Assembly: GCF_001194135.2 (NCBI RefSeq)
Contig: NC_068997.1
Coordinates: 54,578,099 to 54,642,098 of the forward strand
Source of the DNA: Octopus bimaculoides
Taxonomy: Eukaryota
Length of the DNA stretch: 64,000 nt
Direction: 5' to 3'
Translations under genes and position numbers: made by a program
Part shown: one piece after another, positions 12,625 to 22,300 of the stretch
How the letters are laid out: every line of letters begins with the position of its first letter
Numbering within the stretch: the first letter of the stretch is position 1
The notes under the pieces: model-generated
What the model saw: only the letters and a program-made list of their open reading frames with translations
Told to the model about the DNA's origin: nothing
Databases searched by the model: none

Positions 12625-12915
12625 TGCATTTCAAAAATGGTATGGTTAGTTTTAAGGGTAATAACTAAATTTTAGGAGAGACTTTGTTTTTGCCACTTGA
12701 AAACAAGTGGCATATTTCAGCCATTGTGTAAGCTTAAATTTTCAGTCTGTTAGAAATAACAGTCAAATCTTTCTCAAATTATGACTTGTCATCTTTAAAA
12801 GAGCAGACTATATTGATTGCTGTTGTTCCAGATACGTTATCTTGCTAATGGCAAGAAGCATAAAAGTAAGGTTGATCATGGTTGAAATATCTTTGAACCA
12901 TAAGCCTTGATGTGT
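12625..12915 (-). mobile_element. Unclassified interspersed repeat (family E)
   Basis: Resembles the reverse complement of 4820-4955 and 17845-17945; contains the 9-bp hairpin tgccacttg-aaaa-caagtggca at 12691-12712. Confidence 0.45.
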
Positions 12916-12964
12916 GTATGTGTATGATAGATATAATGCATAAATGGTGTGTGTGTGTGTGTGA

Positions 12965-13082
12965 GATCATTTATTTAAAGTCCGTTTTCCATTCTGGCAT
13001 CGGTTATGTGGTTTGACTGGAACTGGTAAGCCAGACAGCTGACCTAGCTCCAATCTGTGGTGTGTATGTATGTATGTGTATG

Positions 13083-13115
<33 letters not shown>

Positions 13116-13148
13116 ATGTATGTATATAAATATGTGTGTGTATGTGTG

Positions 13149-13183
<35 letters not shown>

Positions 13184-13500
13184 ATGTATGTATAATATGT
13201 GTGTGTGTGTGCGTGTATGTATATATGTGTGTGTATGCATATATATATATATGTGTGTGTGTGTGTGTATGTATGTATGTGTGTGTATTCCCATATATTT
13301 TAACCTTTCATCCCCTGCTACCAAGCCACTTACCTCAATTCTACTCCCACTCTTGGGGATGGGGTTGTCTTGCAGGTTACTTGGTGACTTTGATGGGGGC
13401 TGGTACCATGTAAAAGGCACCCACTGTACTCTGTAAAGTGGTTGCTGTTAGGAAGGGTATCCATCCATAGAAACCATGCCAAAAAAAGACAGAGCTTGGA
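12965..13500. mobile_element. RTE-tailed retroposon split into an inverted 3' half (12965-13057, -) and 5' half (13290-13500, +) around a compound microsatellite
   Basis: Both halves align to adjoining parts of the element seen intact at 55720-55925 and 7328-7478. Confidence 0.7.
13060..13287. repeat. Compound (TA)/(TG)/(TATG) microsatellite
   Basis: Source of ORFs 13004..13420, 13057..13413 and 13062..13436. Confidence 0.95.
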
Positions 13501-13620
13501 ACGGTGATACATGTGTGTGTATAAATAACACTTTTTTTTGTAGATGTAGGTAATATTAATATACATGTATATTATATAAATCTAATGCATTTTTTCATAT
13601 TAAATGTGGTATACATAGGT

Positions 13621-13653
<33 letters not shown>

Positions 13654-14847
13654 ATAAAAGATTATTACTTGATATAGAATAAAATATGAAAACTATGCAT
13701 CAGGCAAGTGTGTATGCATCCCATTATGTATGCTCCAGTATAAAGTAATATAATAGTAGAAATCTCCATTATATATTTTCACTATTGTTTTTTGATTACA
13801 GGAAACCTAAATCATCAATTGTAAAATAACAATTCTCTATGAGAAATAATTTTTGTTTTTTTTCATAAATCAATAGACTTGCCTTTCAATGTCTGCAATT
13901 TATCAGCAACAATATAAAACATCTTAGATAAAATACATTGAATGTATAAAAATTCTTCCGATTCTTTCAGTTTATTTTTTTCTTAAATTTTGCATTTAAA
14001 TCCTGTGAAAACCTAATTATTTATATGAAAATATATAACCATTAAACCAGGTTATGTAAATGATGGTGTTTTTTTTTCTGATATATTCTAGAGCAAAAGT
14101 AAAATACATTTCCATTAGAACATGACTTGAACATTATTTCAAGTGGATGTTTAAGAATTGTCACAGTGTTTTTGTCTTGTATTTTGAGTCAAGTTGCTAT
14201 ATTGAATATTATTTTGAATAAATACATAGCTTCAAATACATTACAAAGATCCTATCTCATGTTTCTATTCTTTGAATGATACAAACTTTCCTTTTAATAT
14301 GGACTTCAGAACAATTTGTCATTGTTGTGTACATTTTTTTTATTATTTATTATTATACATGAATGATGGAAATGGCTAAAAGCAAGAAAATATTTGAATC
14401 AAATTAAAATAAAGCAGAACAAAGATGGAAAGTTTTCAAAAACAATCATAAAACTTAACTGGAATTAAAATAGTTTAAATAAAAAAAAGATGAATACAAA
14501 GGCAAAATAAATTCTACAAGAAGCTAATTCTAAGTTTGTAAATGTTTATTAAAGTGTTCAATCCTGGTTTGCAATTCAGATTCCTGATATGTTTGAAATG
14601 GTGCAATCTCATGTTATTGACTTAAGAATTTGATAAATGGAAACTATTCAGAAGCTTGTGTGTGTGTATGTATAATATATGTCAGTAAATAGTGGGGTTG
14701 TGTTAACCGCCCGTGGAGAAATAATAGGAAAATGAAAAATAATAATAAGGCAGAATGCTAAACTGGAAGCATATTTTAATAAAGATTTCCGACCAGCTTT
14801 TATTGAATAGCAAATTTTCAAGAAGAGGGAGAATGAAAATGTTTTTT

Positions 14848-15258
14848 ACAAAGAAGTACAAAATGAAGAAAATAATATATAAAAAAAATAATATATTAAA
14901 AAATAAACATCCCAATACATTATATTGTCTTTGAGCTTTTAAAGTTCAATGGTAATCCATGTAGATAATGGTTGGAAAAATAAGGATGCATGAGAATTGA
15001 GAGTTGTGTTAGGTTTAAAAAAGGGTTAAAAGTTTGTGTTGAGCAGGAAGTGTGGTGTCAAAACAGGAAGTGTGTGTAAGGGGAGACAAATGTTTTTTGT
15101 TGGAGTTATGAACTTTTTTTAGTTCATAACTCCAACTAAAAACATTTGTCTCCCCTTACACACACTTCCTGTTTTGACACCACACTTCTTGCTTAACACA
15201 AACTTTTAGCCTCTTTTCTCTTTTTATATATTATTTTCTTCATTTTGTACTTCTTTGT
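14848..15258. repeat. Inverted repeat (fold-back): arms 15027-15114 and 15121-15208, outer blocks 14848-14885 and 15221-15258
   Basis: 88-nt arms with 3 mismatches around a T6 loop; 38-nt perfect outer block; ends at an N gap. Confidence 0.9.
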
Positions 15259-15260
15259 GA

Positions 15261-15371
15261 NNNNNNNNNNNNNNNNNNNNNNNNNNNNNNNNNNNNNNNN
15301 NNNNNNNNNNNNNNNNNNNNNNNNNNNNNNNNNNNNNNNNNNNNNNNNNNNNNNNNNNNNNNNNNNNNNNN
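15261..15371. other. Assembly gap (N)
   Basis: N run. Confidence 1.
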
Positions 15372-15404
<33 letters not shown>

Positions 15405-15436
15405 TAAATAGATACACACACACACACACACACACA

Positions 15437-15860
15437 CAGGGTGCATAAGATATTTGAGGACAGATTTATGTTTATAAAAAAACAGATATATAATAACATA
15501 TAATATCCTTATTTCTTAAAAAATGCTATGAGGACAAAAATAAACTGTCTTTTCTATAATGTTATTCAATAAAGCCACCTTCAGCTTTAACAGCTGCTTC
15601 TGTATGAGATCTAAATCATCGATATGCTCAAATCAAGTGATTCTGGTTCCTTTTGGACACTACTCTGACTATGGCAGCTTTCATAGAATCTTTGGTGTTG
15701 TGGGTATGTTCATTGACCACTCTCTCAACAATGCTCCACATGTAATAGTCCAATGGATTGAGGTCTGGGAAATTAGGATGCCAAATGTTAGGGGTTATGT
15801 GATCATGAAAATTTTCAGCCATCCATTCCTATGTTACTAGAGCCATGTGCAAGTCTTACT
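15437..15860 (-). mobile_element. Second maT-type (Tc1/mariner) fossil: transposase C-terminus and one terminal repeat
   Basis: Minus strand reads FQ*D..VT*EWMAENFHDHITPNIWHPNFPDLNPLDYYMWSIVERVVNEHTHNTKDSMKAAIVRV..AVKAEGGFIE, with TAA at 15562-15564. The end begins CAGGGTG at 15437, as in described maT terminal inverted repeats. Confidence 0.85.
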
Positions 15861-15956
15861 GAAACACTGGGGATTTCAGAGTGTTTAGAATGATTTTTTT
15901 ATGCTTTGATACTGATAATACGTTTCCATCCTCATTCTCTAGTTCCTTACAAACTC

Positions 15957-16024
15957 TATATATGTGTGTGTGTGTGTGTGTGTGTATATATAAATATATA
16001 TATATATATATATANNNNNNNNNN

Positions 16025-16062
<38 letters not shown>

Positions 16063-16226
16063 CATATGTATGAATATATATATATATGTGTGTGTATGTA
16101 TATACATATGTATGAATATATGTATGTGTATATATATATATATGTATATACATATGTGTGTGTGTGTGTGTGCATATACATACATACATACATACATATG
16201 TGTGTGTATGTAAATATCTGTGTGTG

Positions 16227-16263
<37 letters not shown>
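15957..16263. repeat. Compound (TG)/(TA) microsatellite containing a 10-N gap (16015-16024)
   Basis: Direct reading; source of several spurious ORFs. Confidence 0.95.
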
Positions 16264-16264
<1 letters not shown>

Positions 16265-16265
<1 letters not shown>

Positions 16266-16478
16266 CTCTACTGAAAGTCTTTCTCCTGAAACCTACTGGA
16301 ACTTCTACCGGAAGTCATTCTTCTGGAACCTCTCTTTCTCCTGGAACCTCTCTTTCTCCTGGAACCTCTACTGGAAGTCTTTCTCCTGGAACCTACTGGA
16401 ACCTCTACCGGAAGTCTTTCTCCTGGAACCTCTACGGGAAGTCTTTCTCCTGGAACCTCTACGGGAAATCTTTCTCCT
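16265..16478. repeat. Minisatellite, 27-bp unit GGAACCTCTAC[T/C/G]GGAAGTCTTTCTCCT with 18-bp and 10-bp variants
   Basis: Unit order: partial 27, 10, 27, 18, 18, 27, 10, 27, 27, 27; no unique spacers. Confidence 0.9.
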
Positions 16479-16839
16479 CTATCTAAATATGCGAACACAA
16501 TAGAAACATTTGTCATCTTTTTCAAACAAATTCTATAATTAAAGATGTGATTCTCTCCACGTATTTTTGTCTAATTCTGTGAATTTCTCAAAATTCTTCT
16601 TACTGATATTTGGACCATCTTGTCATACATGAAGGATTATCTTGAATGTGTTTTGTACTTGCATTTATTGGGATCTGATTATTGGATGTGGTTAATCAAA
16701 TTCGTTTAAAACTGAATGATTTATTAATATCTACCTGGGTCTTTCAATCCCTTCTTTTCTCTTCTTATATATACAAAGTTGCATCATTAGAAATGTTAAT
16801 GTAACTAATTGATAGAGATGAATAAATGTGTAGCTAATT

Positions 16840-17160
16840 CATATACCTTCTGGGTTCAATACGAGTGACTAAATTCTATGCAGAAAATGCTTCTGCAAGG
16901 CTTTTGTCTAACAAGTGAAACCTGTAAAAGAAGAAAATGCTATAAAAATGCATTTTGAAGTTGTGAATCTGGATTTTTTCCTTCCTGTCAAATGAAATAT
17001 AATAATTTTTCTTGGATTAGAAAAGGTATCCACTTGTAGAAACCATGCCAAAGCTGACATAAAAACTTAGTGTTGTCTGCTGATTCATTGCACCCTATTG
17101 ATCATTCAACTTATGCTAGTGAAGTAAATAGACATTAAATGATTATGATTGAATACATCA
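16840..17160 (+). mobile_element. Highly degenerate RTE-tailed SINE
   Basis: ttagaaaaggtatccacttgtagaaaccatgccaaag and tail ttatgctagtgaagtaaatagacattaaatgattatgatt. Confidence 0.55.
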
Positions 17161-17669
17161 GTATCATAATCTATATTTTATCCATTTTCATACACTGGAA
17201 TATTTTAAATAGATCTGTTTCAAAATTTCTTGTAGCCATTGTTGCATGAAATCCTATTTTGTGGAATTTTCATAATCTTTTTACATATTCAAACTATTGT
17301 AGTAACTTCTGCCCCTCCTCTCACCTTGCTGTAACTTTTACTTTTATTGCAGCCATTTTCTCAGTTTGATTCTGTTAATTCCCCACCTACCCATTATAAT
17401 TCCTTCTGGGTTATAATACCCATTTTGTTCCCTTCTTCATCTTTCAATACCATACCATATCTCTTCAAGTAGAAAAGATTAATGATTATTTCTTTGAAAT
17501 CTTGTCAGAGATCAATAGTGTTAACATTTACAGAATCTTGTTTAGATTAAATTTTGTTCTGTCTCTGATAGGGAGTAAATTAAATGTAAAAGCATTTTAC
17601 ATTAAAATAAATTTTCAAAGTAGACCTGCTTTGGATGTCTGCTTTAAAATGTAATTCAGTATTATACAG

Positions 17670-17713
17670 TTGCTTCACTTAATGCAGTTGCAAGTTACGT
17701 TGCATTAATTCAG
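17670..17713 (+). CDS. Candidate short exon, product unknown
   Basis: tatacag acceptor (alternative at 17660), CAG|gtaagc donor; open frame (V)ASLNAVASYVALIQ. Confidence 0.15.
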
Positions 17714-17844
17714 GTAAGCCGGTTGTAAATTTACAATTTAAACACATTAAATGAACAGGTAGTGCCACTGACTTTTGCTAATATGACAGTTTTGCTAAAG
17801 GTCGTTAATAAAACCAAAAGTCGTTAATAAAACCCTTAGTTGTT

Positions 17845-17945
17845 GAACTCTGATTCAACTTTTGATCCAGCACACCACTTGTGATCAAAAGTGTTCCGGC
17901 TCTGATGAGCACACATTTTTTCTCAGGTCAAGTGACTACATGGCT
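17845..17945 (+). mobile_element. Family E repeat fragment
   Basis: ttgtgatcaaaagtgttccggctctga resembles 4870-4900. Confidence 0.35.
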
Positions 17946-20900
17946 TCCTTCATTGGCTCAGTAATTCCTTTCTCTGTGCTGGGTTAGATTTGAACACAAT
18001 TACATTGTTACAAAATACGAGTGAATTTGGATGACACAAATAGTGTCAGATAAAACATATCTACATATCATTGATGGTAATTGGTGCAAATTAGGAACTT
18101 TGTTTACATTTTCATATTTAATTTCATATCCTACCTGGAACTGTTTTAATTGGATTTAATTACCCAGTTGCCGTCAGCTTCAGAATTGTACTTTGTGCTA
18201 TCAGCAGCTGTGAAAAAGAAGCTTAAACTTTAACATCCTGTTGGAAAATTTCTAAGCCAAAAACCTGGTCTTGTAATGATTCCGTTATGGAAGAGGAATG
18301 AACAGTTGAGGGGATTCATTTTCTCCCTTACATTAGAAAGATTTCTACTTCCTTTGTACTCAAGGTTAGTATGATTCTTGTGATACTACGTTCCAGGATT
18401 GTCTGACCCTTGCAGTACCACGTGGGTAGTGTCATAGTAAAGTAAGAGTAAATTTTGGAAATTAGGTAAAATTTGTCTGATAATTGTGAGATGAAATATT
18501 CTTATTTGTACTGAAAATAAATCTCTTTAAGATACTTGCTTCTTGTAGTTTGATTGTTACCTGTTCTGCTTGTAAACTAACTGCTGTGAACAATACCTAT
18601 AAAACTTTCCAAGCTATCTCAAAAGAAAATTGCTTCTTAACTTAAGTGTAAATGTTTAGAAAGATTGATTTGTTCCTAACCTGTAAGGAAAATATTGGAA
18701 AATACATATGGTTATGAGAGATTCGACCGCTCACAAATAATGTGAAGAATATGGTCTACTGTGAAACATGTCTCTATGCTGCAGTCTTCTTGGCTAGAGT
18801 GGTGAATATATTTAATTACCATTTCTCATCTATTTAACAAAGTGATTTTTATCAAAGTCTTTTAAACATTTATTTAAAGTATTGTATATTATGTAATAAT
18901 TGGAATCATTCTTTTCTGTAATAATAAACTACCTGCTGTGACCACTGCTTCAGTAGACAATTGCTCAATTATTAGTTTAGTTTGCCTTTTTCATTTAATA
19001 CTTGATAGAGCAGTTGACTATTTATAAGTTAGATAACTATTACTTTTCAACATTACTTCTTCCTCTGTGTGTGTTGGAAGAAAGCTGTTTTTACAGCACT
19101 TACCGCTTCCTTCAATCTATTCTTTTTTCTTTAACTGATATAATAATCATTTACACAAGCTTACAATAACAAAAAAAAAAGGGAAGTGAAATGACCATGG
19201 AGGGAATATCATTGACAGAAATTTCCATGCAAAAAAAAAAAGAATTTCATGCTGGAATATAGCATCAACATCTGGGATGCTTATTCAAAACTGTAGCTCC
19301 TGCAATTCTCAAAATAATATAAAATTATTGTTAAAACAAAACACAGCTTTCTAAAGATATTTTCTGTGATGTTCTTTTAGAAATTCTATTTTTAAATATA
19401 GTATAAAACCATGTCGATGGCACATCTAAGAAGTACATATGTATTTTAAATAAAATTATATTTATCCAGAATTAGTTTTGCCTCTTTTGTCTAGCATTAG
19501 CTTTTGTTTTTATAATATTACTGCAGATGTTCTGATTCAAAAATTAAATTTCATGAGCTTTTTGAATATTTCTAAAAGCTTTACATTCAATTCTTGTAAA
19601 TAATGAAACAAAATTTGAAGAACTTTTATTGCATACCCCCATTGCATTATTTTTTTTTATCTCTGAAGACAAATTCCACTGAAGTAATTTTTGGCAAGAA
19701 ATTCTAATTCTAGTCTCTTCTGTTAGTAAGCCAACAATGAATATTCAATAGGTGAATGTCAATATTTCTTATTCTGAATTTAATCACATTTGATATAAAA
19801 TGACTGTTTAGGAGAATTAGAACAACAAAATAGAAGAATTTCTCTTTGAGAAAGAAATATACACATGACCAACAAGAAAATTTAAAAAAACATCAAAACA
19901 TACAGAGGAATAAGTTTTGAATAAAAGTTGAATATTTAATTGAAATTGATTGATTTTAATGGAGAATAATTTCCAAAACTGTTCATTACTCTAACAAAGC
20001 AATTAAGCTTCATTGTAAAAAAAAAAAAAAAAAAAAACTTTGAAAAAATTACAACTTCTGTATAAACTGATTTCATGAATTATTGATGTTTCTCAATGTT
20101 TTTAGAATTTGTCATTCTAATTTCTTTTTCTGTTTCTTGCATGTCTGTTGCAGTTTAGGATGAGAGAATAGAACTGAAATGCTGATCCAAGTCTGTAGCA
20201 AAACCAATAGTGCTTAGTTTGAAATTTTGTTTTTTGTGGGGGCAGGGGAGTTATTTTTCAGTGATGCATTGAAAATTAATTTCAAACTCCTATTTAGTTT
20301 TTATGGTATATTCTTACAAATTAGTTTCAAACGACATTCTTTAATGTTTTAGAAACCTTGTCAGATTCACTATACAAGTCAGAAATTTTAGCATAAGTCA
20401 TCTAATATAGATTATTTGGTGAAAAATAATGTAATAAATTTACTGGCTAACCATTTGGAATGGAGATTTCATTTGTATTCACCTCCCCCACATCTTCAGT
20501 TTGTTATTCTCTATAAATGCTCTATATTTGATATAAGCACCAATATTTAAGTAACTTTTGCTGAAGTTCATTTAATTGTTTGAATTTAAAATTTAAAATA
20601 AGGGTGGTGGGGGTTCCCCTACTTGTGCTAGATTGTTTGCTTTAAGAACAACTTAATCAAATATTCCATACTAGTGAATATATAATGGATATTCCTTGGA
20701 AGATATTTATATATTAGCATATATTGAAATATTCGTTTTATGTTTCCACTTATAATTATGCAATTTATTTTAAAAAATTTTTTGAAGTACCTTGTTCCAA
20801 GTGTATTCTAAATGGCATGAATTTTGCTCATCTGCAAACATTACACATTTTCTCATCAATCACCAGACATGATGCTAAATACTTTTTATCTAAATCTTGT

Positions 20901-21628
20901 CTTCTCAGGACTTTGATTCTCTAGAACCTGTTGTTGTGTACATTTTCCTTCTGTAGAAGTTGAAGGGAAATTTCAACAGCATTGAACTTACTAGTCAGTG
21001 AGGGTTTGCAAGCATTGTGCTTAACAATTAAAAGAAAAGTTTAAAATCTCCAGGAATGTCCTGATGAAACTGATTTTTTTTTCTGCATGTACTAAAGAAA
21101 GTTTAATTCAGTTAGCAGTAAAATATGAATTGTAACTTTCTGATTTACAACTTGTTTAAATCTAAATAAACATCTATATCCATTAACTTTAGACTACAAA
21201 GCTTGATAAGGCTAACTCATTCTATTTTCATGATGTCTTTATTCATTCAAAAGTATTCCATAGTTTTGTTTTTTTTTAAACCAGAGATCCATCAAGATTT
21301 GTTGTGAATTTTATCAAATGGAAAACGCATAACTTTGGAAATATTTAACATTTTCCTGTTTGAATAGCATTGAAATCCACATTATAGTCATACATAATTG
21401 CATAAAAGATAGAATATTTTGTTGTGACACTGAAAAGTCAAACTGATGAAGTCAATCAGCACTGAAACTTCAGTCACTGTCAAATTTTACCTTGTAATTG
21501 ATGTATGTGTGTGTGTTTGTGTATATGCGTGTGTGTATTTTTCAAAGAAAATACAAAGCAGTAGCACTTTCATTTTAGACATTTAATTGGTTAACAGAAG
21601 AACCATTTAATTATTAGATGTGGCATAC

Positions 21629-21859
21629 CATCATCATCATCATCATCATCATCGTTTAACGTCCGCTTTCCATGCTAGCATGGGTTGGACGATTTGACTG
21701 AGGACTGATGAAACCGGATGGCTAACACCAGGCTCCAATCTGATTTGGCAGAGTTTCTACAGCTGGATGCCCTTCCTAACGCCAACCACTCAGAGAGTGT
21801 AGTGGGTGCTTTTACGTGTCACCCGCACGAAGGCCAGTCAGGCGGTACTGGCAACGGCC
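21629..21859 (-). mobile_element. Young 5'-truncated RTE 3'UTR copy with (CAT)8 tail
   Basis: catcatcat..cgtttaacgtccgctttccatgctagcatgggttggacg..gcccttcctaacgccaaccactc. CpGs are retained, unlike in other copies. Confidence 0.9.
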
Positions 21860-22300
21860 TTGAATGTAGATTTGCAAAGGCTGGAAAGAAATGAAGTAGC
21901 TACTGGATGTGTAATACCATTGAGCATAGAGAGCACAAGTGAGCTGAGAAAAAAAATTAGATACAAAAAGAATCAGTGTGGNNNNNNNNNNNNNNNNNNN
22001 NNNNNNNNNNNNNNNNNNNNNNNNNNNNNNNNNNNNNNNNNNNNNNNNNNNNNNNNNNNNNNNNNNNNNNNNNNNNNNNNNNNNNNAGGTAAAAGAAAGG
22101 ATAAGAGATCCAAGCGGAATGAACCTGCAGAAAAGGATTAAGAATGATATAAGCAGAAATAGTGAAAGCTGATCTCGGTTTGAAAAAGAGATGAAGGGAT
22201 GATAAGAAAATATAACAAGTGGAGAATACACAGAGCTGAATAAGACCTGGTCAACCTGTGCACCTGTGAGAAAATAGATTTAAAATGATGGCGATGATGA
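21860..22300 (+). mobile_element. RTE-clade LINE 3' fragment (post-RT region and tail) spanning a gap
   Basis: Translates ALNVDLQRLERNEVA..STSELRKKIRYKKNQCG, similar to the RTE LRRLERNE..LREKL region at 31200-31330; ends in gatggcgatgatgatt. Confidence 0.75.
21982..22086. other. Assembly gap (N)
   Basis: N run. Confidence 1.

Noticed and set aside
12691-12712. Perfect 9-bp hairpin with AAAA loop
   Set aside because: Too short to be informative and lies inside an interspersed repeat.
13004-16265. Long ORFs rich in IY/HT/CV/VC dipeptides (also 819..1073, 38676..39029, 40170..40743, 50224..50644)
   Set aside because: Translations of (TA)/(CA)/(TG) microsatellites, several running through N gaps.
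16265-16478. 27-bp repeats as a CRISPR array
   Set aside because: Units are head to tail with no unique spacers, no cas genes, and the context is eukaryotic.
16846-16920. 75-nt minus-strand exon candidate with strong acceptor
   Set aside because: Stops in all phases and overlaps a degenerate SINE head.
21629-22300. Back-to-back RTE pieces as a second twin-priming inversion
   Set aside because: Each piece has its own tail and they differ in decay, so they are two independent insertions.
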